A stretch of 64,000 nucleotides of DNA, taken from assembly GCA_907165135.1 (NCBI GenBank), contig OU015567.1, positions 3,534,001 to 3,598,000 of the forward strand. The letters run 5' to 3'. The notes under the pieces were generated by a model. The model had not been told where the DNA came from. It did not search any database and saw only the letters and a program-made list of their open reading frames with translations. The position numbers were made by a program, and so were the translations under genes. This DNA comes from Oikopleura dioica. Lineage: Eukaryota > Animalia > Chordata. Every line of letters starts with the position of its first letter. Within the stretch, counting starts at the first letter, position 1. Below, in pieces: positions 1 to 13,165 of this stretch.

Positions 1-1721
1 AATTATGTTTCTTGGCAGCCATTCCTGTTGTAGAGCGCAGCTCTTTTAACATCTGCCATCGGCAGAATCAGTCCATTTTCCGGGTCAGGCTGGCTGGGGT
101 CGAACATCAGCGCACAGGGAGTGATGAGCAGTACCCCCGCGACGCAGTCTTTTTCGACATCGATTTCGCTCAACGAAATGCTCCGCTCGAAGTTTGGTCG
201 AAGTTTGAAAGCGTCCAGCTTAAAGATTTTTAATTTCAAAAATTGATGGATTCCTCGTTCATGAGTTGATCCCCGCAAATTATGACTTGACGTGGATTTC
301 CGCGCGCGAATTGTTCAACTGAAGAATTTTTACGATTTCGCCGTAAAAACGTAAAATCATCGGCCACGGTTAAAAAAAGGCTACGCTTGTTCCCCTAAAA
401 GCCTTTTGGTGAAAGAGTCATTTTGAAAATATGTCGCAAACTAGAGCTGGAATCAGTGGAGGTACCGTTTCGAAGATTATCAGGGACGCGAGCAATGGGG
501 ATATTCGTAAGTAACAGGAATAAAAAGTCGTTTCTTTATCCTCAGCCTTCGAGTATGAGAAAATTTCGGATAATTGTTTTTCAGAAACGTAAGCTCTAGG
601 TCCAAATGGCTGGGAAAGAAACATTCCGACAAAGGCTTCCGGCTTTGCTCAATCGTAAGCCCTTCCATTTCATCTCTTTCTACAACAATTCTAGCTACGA
701 TATCGACGTTGAAGTCGAAACGACTCAAACCATCCACATTACTGGTGTCCAAATTGTCCAATCTGAAGTGACCATCGTCGAAGAAGGCCGTCCATAGAAC
801 AATAAATCAAATGCAAAAAATGAAGATCGTTTTTCTAATGTCAAACACCTTTCAATTTTTAGAATTGAGATAAAATGGCGGATCGTCCAGCGACTTTTGG
901 ACTCACGGGAATGCCGAATAATGGGACCATGAAGGTAGAAGAAGATTTTAAAGAATTGTAAGTCATTTTCAGGGACCCTCGAGTGGCCGACGAGATGTGC
1001 TCGACAGAAATACGACAGCTACAGGCAGATACACCGTTAAATCAAAGTAAGAGCTTGGAATTTGATTGAAAAAACATGCTTTGAAGAAGCCGCGCGGCTT
1101 GAATTTCGTTTCAGCTTTTCAAAAGAAATAACCAACAGTTAGAAAAGTCGCAAGCGGCTCTTTTTTTTAAGCCGCGTTTTTAACCGTCTTGTTTCAGGAC
1201 AAAACTGCGCGTCCGAGTGGAAACTCTTTCAATGAACCAAGTCGACGCCGTCCACGTGAGACCAGAACACACCGGAAACAACGCTCAAAACCAGAACTTT
1301 CAAAACTTTCAACAAAAAATATGAAAATAAAGATCTTTTCACCCTCGAAATCACGTCCGTTTACCTTGATGAAACCGATGGCTTCTGGGGTTTCGTCGAT
1401 ACCATTTTCGACTTCGTCATTTCTGGCGAGATCCGGGTTTTCAGGAACTTTGATAACTCTTCCAGTCCAGAGATCGGAGGAGTCGGAGATGCGGTTTCTC
1501 GATTTTAGGGCAGAAACCGGCGCGTCAAACTGAAATTTGTGAATAAGCAAATTTCTAGACGGACTGTTAATGCAAGGAAATTTCGGGGTCGAAATTGCGT
1601 TGCCAGAAACAGGAATGAGGACCCTGACATAGATTTACAAGCGGAGATACTGTACCTTAATTGCAATCGTCTGAAGTGAGTCCGACTCATCGACTTCGTA
1701 ATCAACCCACTTCGAGCTCAT
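1..1721 (-). CDS. OXR1: OXR1/NCOA7 (TLDc family) 5' part with LysM and GRAM-like regions; multi-exon, runs off the window start
   Basis: Spliced LysM: WVDYEVDESDSLQTIAIK|FDAPVSALKSRNRISDSSDLWTGRVIKVP (GT-AG intron ~1531-1655). Downstream exon QFLKLKIFK...GVLLITPCALMFDP resembles the OXR1/NCOA7 GRAM-like segment. Confidence 0.75.
1085..1180. repeat. Degenerate fragment related to the MITE at 12936-13165
   Basis: Shares AGCCGC..GCGGCT palindromes and a TTTCAGCT(C/T)TT(T)CA segment with the MITE interior. Confidence 0.45.
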
Positions 1722-3077
1722 CTCCCATTTTTCCCTAGAATCATCATTTTCGATAAATTTTCGGATCAGTCATGTTTGATTACAGTTAATTTCAATTTTA
1801 AAAACGAGGCAATAATCGAGATGATGATAAGGGTGAAATAAGTTGAGATTTCTTAATCTTTGCTTTTTTCTAGAATCTTTCTTCTTTTGTTCGATTCGAG
1901 AATTTCTCTCTTGGTCGATTTTGCGGCGGGCGCCGATTGGCTGTGTCGCGACCGAGGCGTGAATTTATCATTTTCTCATTTCGCCGATGAATGAAGAACT
2001 ACAGGCACTTGAAAATGTAGTCCAAATTTTCGACACCAAGGTTCATTTCTTCATTTTAACTATCTATTATTCAACGCATGGGCCAAGGTACTCTTCACAC
2101 CGGGTGACCCTCCTTTCGTCAGGAAAATTCTTGTATCCTCCATTCGTGAGGAAAATCCGCCGGTTTCCTGACGAATGGATGATTTCCTGATGAAAGGAGG
2201 GCATTCATAACCTTTTAAGTAGGGGTCCCCTTTCTATCTAAAACAGAGTCTGTTTTAAACAGTAGGTAACCTACTCCATCCTTGACTATATGCATGCAAC
2301 CCTTGTTCTTCCCCTAATTTGAAGCATGGAGTTAGAGGATAACCAAAGGCAATCATGCATAAAGTCAGTGGATGATCTAGGGAGATCCCTGATCTGTTTG
2401 AAAGAATTCTTAAACTTTCACCCGACTCAAAATTCCATTATGTTCCTATCATATCCTACAGAAAAGAGGAAACTTACTTCATTGTTTTCTTTTTTCGGCA
2501 TCATTGTTTCTGAATACTCTTTTTTTACACTTGGATTCTTTGAGCACAGTTTAGAGATATCAAAGTCAGAAAAATGAAGTTTGGCTTCTTTTTCGTCAAG
2601 GGTTTCAAATAGTTTTTATTCATATTATTTCTGTTAAAAGTGAATCCCAAACGAAGCGTCTTCTGCTTTCATCAGCGCAGATCCTCTTCGATTTGTTAAA
2701 GTCAGTGCTGAGGACTTGAATCGAGCGAAATTGAAATTGGGCGAAGACTTTTTCAAATATGCGGGCCCGAAACTGCCTGGATTTACTAATTGTATACAAG
2801 ATTCATCCTGCACTGAAGAGAACGTGGAGGATATGAGGGAGATTCAACAACTCCTTTACAAATGCCTCGATGTAGAAAGTGACGAAGTATGCGCACAATG
2901 GCTTGTCAACTCTCAACATCCGTATTAAAGGTCATTTTCTGAGTCAGATTTTGACAATAAATTTCCTTATATTTTTTGCATAATTAAAATTCTCAATCTG
3001 ATTTTATTCAGAGAAAATTTTCATTTTGAAAATTCTAGTACAGAGTACAACAGTGGTCGAACGAGTCCGATTTCTTC

Positions 3078-4823
3078 TTATTGTCGCACAGCAATTGAGT
3101 CGGGAGAGTTTTCTGCAAGAAAGATTAGTTCTGATTTCGATTCTAGTTCAAAATGTACCGATGGTGATCTGGGTCTCTTCCTTGATGTCAGAGGGTCCAA
3201 CGCAGCCGGGGAAGACCTTGGCGAGGAACTCGACGGCGTTTTCAACGAGTTGATGTTTTGGCATCCTCAGACGATCTTATCTGAAAGCCAAGAACTATTC
3301 ATCCATATTTATAATGTCGTTTTATTAAGAAATAAAGTCAGCAATAAATAAAATTAAATATCTTCGGAAATCAAATCGAGGAGCTTGATTCTAAAAGGAG
3401 AATGGCAAAGATTCGTCAGTTTTTTTTATATAGACTCATTTTTTTCTCTTTTAAAAGTTGTTTGTTCTGAAGCGGACCTAGTGAAGAGGCGCCAAGGGGC
3501 ACGTGAGTGCGGCTGTTGCCGTTCACAAGGTCTGGCTCCTTTCCAAAAGAGTTATTTCTTGTGTTTCGAATACTTTATTTACAGTTTGAAAGTTTTTTCA
3601 AGAAACGGGAAGAACTTGTCCAGTGACGCGGTTGACGGAAACCGATCTAATGCTTTCTCGCGTTGGAAATTTGCGCGTCTCAATAAACCTAAAAATCAGT
3701 TTTGAAAATTATGCAGATTGATGATTTTTACCATTTTGAATAAGCGCGGGTCTCGATGTTGCGGAAACACTCGTGTCGGTTCAAGTTGCCTTCGAAGAGA
3801 TGGAAGCGAGCTAGAATTACGTTACTTTCCACATATTGTTCTCTAAGAATTAATGAATTGACACCCTTAATATTAAAAGCAGCAGCTTTCTGACTTACGC
3901 ATTTCATCAGAATCAAGATTTTCGACGAGAATGACTGTTTTGTTCGGATCATCCTTCTCATGATTCTTCCATGGTCGTTGAGAATGAAAAAGGACGAAGT
4001 CTGGATAAAAGTTGAAAAAGTCCAAGTTCCAGGTCTGAAAATTCGCTCCAGTCGACCCGGATGGATATTGAAAAGCAACCGAGTATTCGCCATTCACTGA
4101 AAAGAGGGTTGAAAGATGTTTTTGATGGTTTTCTTACTTTGAGTATCAAGACGGAAGACGTAGCCAGTTTTGCCCTGATTTTGGTTGAACATATCGACAA
4201 CGGTCACCTGAAAATGAGAATTAAGGGTGTCAACTGGTTAAGCAAAAACTCACATTGATTCCATCTTTGATTGGCTGAGGACAGTTAGGTTTCCACTCAG
4301 GTCTTGGGTTTTTCTCTTTCTTTTTGCATTTCACTGCCGGAACCAACTTTCGTTGCTGGCAAACAAGGTCCCCGGAGTAATTTCGGTCAGTAGATGCTAG
4401 AACAAGCTTGTATCCTGGAGAGCAGACGACATCGACAGGCTTTGGATGCTCTGGAACACCTGGCTGGATCGCATACACGAGACCGTATCGAATCGAGCAT
4501 CGTTTGTAGACTGAAGTTTTGAGTGATAATTATGCAGAGGTTTTTATCAATTTGACAAAAAAACTTACTCTTTCTACTTCGGTCAATGCCAGTTCCAAGA
4601 GTTCGATCGAAAAATTGCTTCCCAGCATCTTCAGCTACTGTTTGAGGATTCTCTGAAGCCCAGAAGCTCTCGTAGGTCTGCTTTACCCTTTTGATCTGGT
4701 TAACAATTGATTTTCGATTCGAAAAAATGGACCGAAAATTGGTATTTTCTCGATGAAGATTCTCTTAAACCAGTTCCTGTTTGAAGAAGCAAAAGCTATC
4801 AAAAGTGAGCTGAAAAATCTCAT
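3078..4823 (-). CDS. Uncharacterised multi-exon, possibly secreted protein with a Cys-containing (sushi-like?) segment
   Basis: Signal-like start MRFFSSLLIAFASS; exon PVDVVCSPGYKLVL...LVCQQRKLVPAVKC; several small GT-AG introns; terminal exon ENSPDSIAVRQ*. Confidence 0.35.
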
Positions 4824-5725
4824 GTTCCGAGACCCAGTTTATCACCGAAGTCCTGTTCAAAAAATGGCAATCTGAGAAGAAGATTGATTCTAGCGCAGAG
4901 CGAAGAGCTTACTGTAGCGCCACCTGAGGAATGCTGAAGATAGCGCAGGGCGCACTTTTAGTGACTCATTTTTGCCTTGTTAAAGTTTTAATAATCAAAA
5001 TTCATCAATTTGATTGTTGAGGACCCTGATTTACCAGTATTCAAAAAATTCAGGATATTTTAATTAAATAAGCCATGATATGATTAAGATTTATTTTCTA
5101 TACAAGTAAAATTGCTATATAATTGTTCTAAAATTTAAAAATGTGGTGGAATCGAAATTATTCCATTCAAGTTATGAAAATGGTTGCATCAATCGCCATT
5201 CTTCTTTCTATCCACGTGGATTTGAAACTGAGCTTTCAGATAACCCTATTTTGATAGAAGGAAGTACTCTGCTAATCATGAAGCACCCAGCTAACCCTCT
5301 CGAAAAATCAAAATAAGAACGACTTCCTGTGCCGGACGGACTTTGACAAGCCAGCGACGCTTCTAACGCTTCTTACTGCGACGCTGTTAGATAGATATTT
5401 TCATTACTTGAAAATTGCATCGAGTCTTGGAGGAAATAGTTGCCGCTAATTCTTTCCCAAAAGTATTGCAGCTCAAGATTCCTGAAACTCCGCTGCTGCG
5501 GTTTCCGCTATTTTGGGAACATGACGACACAGATAACGGCACCTCTGTGAGCTTGGGGTATTTTTAAGCATTCCTTATCATTATGCTGGGCCGCCCGCTG
5601 ATAACCCAGCTGACAACGCTCAGATGAAAAAACTACACAATGCGGATTTTATGAAAAATAAATAACACGTCGTTGTTTTTACTGAAAATTTTATTATAAA
5701 TCGTAAGAAAACTAGAAGACAATCA

Positions 5726-7697
5726 TTAAGCATCTGTCAAAGTAATTGAGTAAGCTTGCGGGAGTAGATACCAAATTTCTGAGTCCATTTTGTCAAACTT
5801 TTCGTTTGCCAAGTACATAAAAACATTTTTGTTTTGATCATCCCAATCAGAATGGTACACTGTGTAAATAAAGTCATTCCTTCGATCATCATAGCACGAT
5901 ATCATCATTTGTTGAGAAGCATAATATCTGTTCTGCCTTGGGATACGGAGAAGAGCTTCTTCAATAATATGATCAGAGTTCTGAATAACGTATTCATCAG
6001 ATGCAACATCCACATGGTCCAAAACCATTTGATGAAAAAACACTTCCCCGTCAGTAAGATAAGCGCCAGTGACTGTAAGAGGGCGATTTGTATCAAATTT
6101 CTAGTGGAGATGGACTTTCTTGTATTCGAATTTCGGTAAGTCAACATTGTTCCAGATGATTGCCCATCCACTTTTGCAGAAAAAGGTTTCATACTTGAGC
6201 CTTTTCAGGAGAAGCTCGATTTCTGTTTCTTGAAAATTTGTTTCCTTCAGATTGGGATTCAGGTTCAAACCGGCTAAACTTCGAGGATATATTATCATTG
6301 TCAACAAAAGAAAGATATTGTCGAAAGACCATTCTGATTCTTTTTTTATTATCCTGGTCAAATCATTTTTCATGGCCCATCGTAGTAAAGTTGTGACCGA
6401 TATCGGCACGCATAAATTTGATTCTTTTTGGTTCATCAAACTTTTCGTGAGGTTCTTGAAACCTGTTTTTATGGTCTTCGTGAGGCGATTCTTCAGATAA
6501 TGGACACCAATCGATTTTGTTAAATTTTTGTCATTTAGGCAAAGGTTTTGTGATGTGTTCTGTAGGGTTATTATTTTTGAGGTAATAAACATTATTGTGA
6601 ATTTTTTGAATTTTGAATTTGGGCTTTTGAAAATAGCGTCAGAGAAATCTCTGTTGTACAAGTCATGCAGAGCGCCCAAATCATCGGAAGAATCTTTGAG
6701 TCTTTTCTTCTCGTCCTTATCAATAGGTTCGTTCAATAAGATCCATGCTGATTTCCATTCCGTCAAAATATACACAATCGTCTTTTTGACAGTTTCTGGA
6801 AGACCTGATTTTGATGTTTTACGAAAGATGTGGGAATCCAAATAATCTCCCAAGATCTGTCTCCCTGAACAGAAACCAGGTGAACCAGAGTCTAAAAGGA
6901 ATTAAGTTGCAAAAATAAATTGAGAAACCAAGTCTGACTTACAAAGATTCTCATCTTTTCGTATTTGAATAGCCCATTTGTTTGTAGCTTAGTCGTCCGC
7001 TTGTGTCCTGAATAACACCAAAATCAATTATTTTAGCGGTGCCATTTATAAGGATAACATTTTCCAGCTTTAGATCGAAATGCTGCTCGATGCCGATTTT
7101 TCGAAGATATCTGAAACCTTGTAGTACATCATTTGCTATTGCGCTCCGTTCTTTCATCGTTAAGGTATTCTGTCTCAGCAAATCTCTCAAACACTGTTCG
7201 CCCTTTTCCATTATTGTCACAGATCCAAGGCAATAAGATTGAGATTCATCCAAAATCTCAACATGGACAAAGTTTTTTATAACATTTTCATGGTAAGGAA
7301 TAGATTTATGATCGCGTTTTGTGCCATCCTCAGCTTTCGCAATATCAAAATCTAAAATAACATCAAAATATTTTAATAATTTTCATGACCACCTTTTGAC
7401 ACATGAATATTGAAAGAAACATTCTGATTAGAGACAAATAATGATGGATCAAAGACCTAAATTTAACCGTGTTTTCTCGATTAACGATAAGAAATTTACT
7501 TGAACCCTAACAGCAGTCATCAACTCATCAAACTGTTGAGAAATGACAAGCGCTTCGCCTCCTGTTGAGATAATATTGTCAAAAATCGATGTTTCGAGAA
7601 ACCATGTTCCTCGTTCTTCTTTTAATTCTGATCTCTCAATTTGAGCATCGATTAATTCTGGATTATTTGCAATTATTCGGCTTTGGAATGGTGTCAT
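5726..7697 (-). pseudogene. Protein kinase-like gene with frameshift and in-frame stop
   Basis: ISTGGEALV loop, QHFDLKLENVIL catalytic loop, KIIDFG, and SGSPGF. A frameshift is needed near 6950-6965 (GYSNTKR* vs RKDENLY|SGSPGF). An in-frame TAG at ~6101 separates ORF 6101-6853 from the continuing frame to 5726. Confidence 0.7.
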
Positions 7698-8090
7698 TTT
7701 GAATTTCTGTTTTCCCGACTTGAAATAAAGAATCCCTTCATTTTCTTTGAATTTAACAGCTGACCATGAGCCTTGTTTCCATGAGTTATTACTATTAGTA
7801 AGTTATTAACTTATTAGCGTTCTTTGTTTTAAAATCCATCTGATCAATTGTAAGCAGAAGCCGATCCTTGTCATTTCTCGATGTTTCTCTCTTAATTCTT
7901 GGCAAAAAGTCCTCAAGCCATTCTCTGACATTCTGCTTGGATAACTCTTCTGGGTATGATGCAATACTCATTGAAAAAAAATGAAATAAAAACCGCCGAT
8001 TCAGAATAAAATCGCGCTATTTTACTTATTTTTCCTCTTCTCGGTCTGTCTTTTCCCTTCGCTAAACATTAACTAGCGCAAATATAAATA

Positions 8091-8749
8091 TTACCGTGTC
8101 ATAAAAACAAAACGAAAAATGGAAAGATGTTTCTCAATCTTTATTTCAAAAATATAAAAAGGCAAATAAAAAGAACTTTGTACAACAATCATTTCTTTCA
8201 CAGCGTCTTCATCCGAATATTGAAATGTCTTATTCGTCTTGCTGATTTTTTCGTTTTTCGTCTTGGCGTTTTCGTCGGACGACTTTTCGAATTGGCTTTG
8301 CAATTTTTCGAAGAAGCCGTTTTAGTCGGTATTGCTTGCCTTTGCTCACTTTGCCTTTCACGTGTTTTCCGTCACAGCCTTGAATATTCTTTGTTGTCTG
8401 AAAAAACGAGTTTGTACTAGATTTAGGTTGAACATAGAAATACAATATGCATTCAGCTGGAGCGTCTAAATGCTCCACGTAAATTGGCGCTAAGCCGTTA
8501 ACCCTTATCCATGGTATTATCCCGCGTTCACTTTTCATACCTCACGAGCGTAGTAATATTCGTTGATGTACCGCTGGAAACCATCCGACAGAATTTGCAT
8601 CCGAGTTGCGTAGTCATTTCCAGAGCTCTTCTGAAATAACCATAATGAAGAATATCTCTTCTTTTTAGAATTTTTACCTTTGTCGCATCAAAAATATCGT
8701 CGTAGGTTTTGACAACTCCCTGGTTTGGCTCTCCGGGATATGGGAGCAA
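8091..8749 (-). CDS. Uncharacterised protein with basic C-terminus
   Basis: Adjacent minus-strand ORFs 8528-8749 and 8230-8538 with coding-like composition; no recognisable domain. Confidence 0.3.
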
Positions 8750-8975
8750 ATCTTAAATTTTAAGAAAAATCTTTAAAGAAATTTTCAAATATATCATTGA
8801 TCAAAAAAGTTCGAAAGAAGTATCAAGTCTTTAAAGAATACCTAGTCGACAATTATGCTCTGCGTTGAGCATATAACTGTAAGCGTGATTATATTTCTTC
8901 TGCATGTTTGGATGCTTGACTTCTTTCAGCCATCGATCACTAGATAATAAAAAGGCTGAAATGCGCGAGGAATAA

Positions 8976-9896
8976 TTACTTGAGGTGTTCTCTGAAAATT
9001 CGGAAAAGCTCGATAAAGATCCAAGATTCTCTTGGAGGAGCAGAATCAGATGATGTCGTTGATGTTTTTGTTGTTGAGGTCGTTCTGGTTGTTGATTCTG
9101 CGGTTGTTATTGTTGTGGATTTTGTTGTTGTGGTTGATGTTGTTTTCTTTGTTGTTGTAGTGGTTCTTGTCGTCGTTGATGATGTCGTTGTTGTCGATGT
9201 AGTCGTTGTGGTACTTGTCGTTGTAGTAGTTGTAGTGGTTGTCGTCGTTGTCGTCGTTGTTGTAGACGTCGTAGTTGTCGTAGTGCTTGTTGTTGTTGTA
9301 GTAGTCGTAGTTGTCGTTGTTTTTGTTGTCAAAGTTGTTGTTGCGTTTGGGTACAAATGGGTGCATGTAGCATAGTGATCTTGACAGCAATCTTCAAAAA
9401 CGTTATAATTTTATCGGGCCAATAATAAATAAAAGCTTTCAGTTATTAAAGCTGACGCTCTTAAAGGTCGCTTGAATTCCATAGATATGCAATCATCGTT
9501 ATTACCGTCAAAAATAATGCATGATGAATCGCAAAAGCAATCTCTTCTTAAATCATCTCCTGCTGATGCTGTTTGTTGTTCACAAGGCTAGAAATAAATT
9601 AAAAAGAGTCCTTGATTTCAAAAACTTACGATTCCAAAACCAAGTAAAATTGGGTTGCATCCAAAGCATTCAATATCAACTCCATTGCAGCACTGCTGTT
9701 CCCTCCCCACTCCTCGTAACGCGCAACTGGATGAACTTTCTTTCCTTGCCAAATGAAAGGCCTTAGATTTGTTCAGTCTTTCTCTAATTATTCGTTTTGG
9801 CGTGAATGTCGAAGAGTATTTTTGCTGAATCGCTGCGATTTTTTGACCAAACGCGCTGGATATTAACAAAATCGGTAGCGTCAAAATATTTCTCAT
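8976..9896 (-). CDS. Secreted somatomedin-B (SBSPON-type Cys domain) plus Thr-rich mucin protein, paralogue 1 (oikosin-like)
   Basis: Signal MRNILTLPILLISSAFGQ; CALRGVGREQQCCNGVDIECFGC; spliced RDCFCDSSCIIFD|DCCQDHYATC; long poly-Thr tract; C-terminal ESWIFIELF. Confidence 0.75.
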
Positions 9897-10321
9897 TTTG
9901 AAAAAATATGTTGAAAAGAATAGAAATTTTGAGAAGTAATGAGGCTGATTGAAAAAATGACATTTTATATGGGTGATGAAGGTGATTACTTGGACGATGG
10001 CGCTAGAGATATCGGAGACGGGGACGATAAGCGGACAGATTACATGCGTAAACGAATCATGCCTAAGCACAATTCATTGTCTCAGACGATTTCTGCAAGA
10101 AATGCGAATAAAAACGACTAGTTCGGTCTCGAGTATCAAATTTTGAAAATCTATTTTTCTAGTCTTATGTCACCTAAAACCTTATTATTTTCTAACAACA
10201 CGTCTTTTAATCCCATTCATCTGTGCTGGATAAACATTCTATTCTTTACCGAGTTCATTCTACGAGACACTTTATTTTTAAAAAGGTTCTGAGACGTCTT
10301 GATTTACAAATTGCAGTTTAT

Positions 10322-12406
10322 TTACTCGTTCGAAGGAGTTACAGAATATTTCGAATTTTCTTCGGACCCAATTGCTTCTGGCAAAATCAGTTTTTGTTGT
10401 GGAGCGACGACTTTTCGCAGCGATTTTTCTCCGGCGAGTTCGTTTAGGAGATTCTTTCTCGCGGATTTCGAATGAGCTGACGCGCTTGGCGGTCGCTAGA
10501 ATTTTTTAAAAAGATGGTTCGGGAAATATTTTACCATTGTCGGGGCAGCTGGAGCTGGTGGAGGAGGAGGAGCACGGGCAGATGAAGATGGTGCTCCTCC
10601 GCCACCTCCCTTTGCTTTGAAATATTCTTCCAATCGAGCCATTTCCGCTGGATCTAGTTTTTCAAGCATGCTTGTGATGTCGCTGTCTCCCAAGTCGTTT
10701 TCTCGCTCCGTCACTAGAACCCCTAGAAACCCATCTTTCAATGCAGTTTACCTCGGCGCGGAAGAGGAATTTGTCCGGCAGGAGCTTGTTGCATTTCCCG
10801 CAGGGATCCTTTTCTCTTTTTCGCAGTTGAAACAACTTTGATTTGCTTCTTTGGCTGTCTTGCACTTCCTCCGAGAGCTTTTTTGAGCGCCATTCTTTCT
10901 CGCCTTTTCTTGTCAGTGTTTCTAGACTGATTGAAAACATGTTGATCAGCGATGAAATACCTGGTCAAGAAGTTGTTGCAAGTCATTCGATGGCCCGCAT
11001 TGCCAAACTGGTACCCGAAGCGGCAGAGTGTTTCATTGTGACGGAGATACTTGACAAATTCTTGCTCGACGTTTTGACCAAATATATGCCGCTGGTTATC
11101 AATCCTGAAAGAAGAATCGAGCTCAGTTATGCTTCAAAACATTAAAGAATTACCTCAGCTCAGATAAAACTGTATTCTTTTGCAGCGCTTTGACAATTTT
11201 CGCCGCTCCATCACCAGTGATAAAGTTTGATTCGACCGATACTTTTTCCAGTGTTCTATTTCTTTTCAGCATCTAAACAATCGATCATATTTTTCTTCAT
11301 ATAAATTATACCTTGGCCAGGGCGTAGGCTACTTTGTCTGTCAGACCAGTATTGACGAGGGAAAGTTCTCGGACATAGACGTTTTCTTCTAGCGCTTCCA
11401 TCAATTCTTCAAGGAGTTCGTGGGGGATGTTAAGGATGTTGTTTAAATTGATGGACGTCAGATCATTCTCATTTTCCCAGCAACGGCTACAGAGATTACA
11501 AGGATTCGAAAAGGAATAGGAGTGTACCTGAGGATTTCTTCAGGAGAATTTGGATTGACGAGTTCTTCATCAGAAGCGTCCTCTTCGTGGTACTCTTCTT
11601 TGAATCGTTGGATTTCGTCATGGTCAACTTGTTGCAACGCGGATTTCACCTGATTCAGCTGGCGGTCAGTTTTGTTCGTAAATTGGCGAGAATATTCTTC
11701 TTTGCGCTTCGGAATCGAATTTAGACGCCCAATCTGGTCTTGCAAACGTCTGAAAATTTAATTTGAAGATGAAAAAAGGAGGGAAAAATTACTGTTGATT
11801 CATGTCTTCCGGATTATTCATTCGTTGCGTGTCGATTTGAACAGATCTCAACTGCTTTGCCATCCAGTCTGGATCTTGCTTCACGTCTTTTTCAATTCTT
11901 TTGACTTGATCAACTGGAGCAGGACGTAGGAGTTCTGCAGGGACGCAGCTCAAGTCTGGTTGAAAAACGCGGCCAAAAGCGGGGTGCTCGATCCACTCGC
12001 CTTTTCCTTCTTCGATGAGTTTTCGGTAAAGAGGGGCGGGAATGCCAACCATTTGCTGTTTTGGGGGATCGGGGCGAACGTCTTCATCGCTAGAAAAGAT
12101 ATTTTACCAGGCCCATGAATCATAAAAAGAAATCCTGCAACAAAAAAAGAGGACCGAAAAATTAATTTACGAACCTAGAATCATCATCTGAAATCGGTGG
12201 TGGAGGAGTCGGAGCTCTCAAAGAATAACTCGGATTTGGTTGAATAACATCTCTTTCTAGCTCTTCATCCAGCGCTTTTAGCTCTTCTTCTGTCATCCCT
12301 TTTTTCAATTTTTTAACATCGTGCAATAATCTTCAATTTTACCTTTCATAAGTTCATCAATATCCAGATCACGATAATCTTCCAACATTTCTCTGTAGTT
12401 ACTCAT
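10322..12406 (-). CDS. TMOD: Tropomodulin/leiomodin-family actin-capping protein with Pro-rich and WH2-like tail
   Basis: N-terminus [21 protein letters not shown]|[14 protein letters not shown]; LRR exons [12 protein letters not shown]...[55 protein letters not shown]...FGYQF; tail [11 protein letters not shown] then [18 protein letters not shown]. Confidence 0.88.
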
Positions 12407-12935
12407 TTTCCCAAAATTTTTAATATTTGCTCTCCGATTTTTGAAAAAAGGGATCGCGGCAGGACTGATAGGGATTTTTTGGCCTGCTCACACCTTGAGC
12501 ATGACGCGGCTGGACAGTTGACTCACCAGGACAGAGAAAGAAACGAGAAAGGATGAGACCAAAAAAACAAGTTTTCGATAAAAAAAATTTTGCAATTTCT
12601 GACCTTGACTTTGTGTGAAAAAGAAAATCCGCATAAGTTTAATTCTCGGCTTATTATTCTTTCCTCGCCTTAGCGAGCGAAAAGTGACTATGTCATTTGT
12701 CAAGCTTTTGCAAAATCCTTAACCCGCTACTAATGCATAAGCTGCTTTTCGAAAAGAGCGTGCGCTGGCGGACACGTTTCTCCTCTCGAAGCCCAACATT
12801 TGTAAGTCCGGAAGAACTGCTCAAAAATTAAAGCCTTATTACCAATACACCTCTTCTTTTGCCCAAATGGTTTCTTCGAAAGAAAAATTTATTGAATTAA
12901 AAAGTAAAAAAAGTAAAAAGCTCAAAGCTGGGTTC

Positions 12936-13165
12936 GGCAACCTGTGAAGAAAACCTGAGTCAGGGTTAAAAAAAAGGAACTGGAAAGCCGCGTAGCGGCT
13001 TTTTTTAAAAACGAAGCCGCATAGCGGCTTCGCGAATATAATTATTATGATCTATAAAAAATTCTAGCGAAGCCGCTTTGCGGCTACGTTATAAAAAAAA
13101 GCCGCTGGACGGCTTTTCATTTCAGCTCTTTCAGACCCTGACTCAGGTTTTCTTCACAGGTTGCC
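12936..13165. mobile_element. MITE-like element, 230 bp, with 31-bp perfect terminal inverted repeats
   Basis: GGCAACCTGTGAAGAAAACCTGAGTCAGGGT at 12936-12966 and its exact reverse complement at 13135-13165; four internal AGCCG(C)-N3-(G/A)CGGCT palindromes; no clear TSD. Confidence 0.8.

Noticed and set aside
2070-2930. Short ORFs on both strands between OXR1 and the next gene
   Set aside because: No recognisable domain or consistent exon chain could be built.
8980-9390. Antisense and alternate-frame ORFs over Thr tracts (poly-Val, poly-Asn, poly-Gln; also 14502-14831, 18175-19322, 48671-49224, 21226-21783)
   Set aside because: Shadows of low-complexity coding repeats on other frames or strands.
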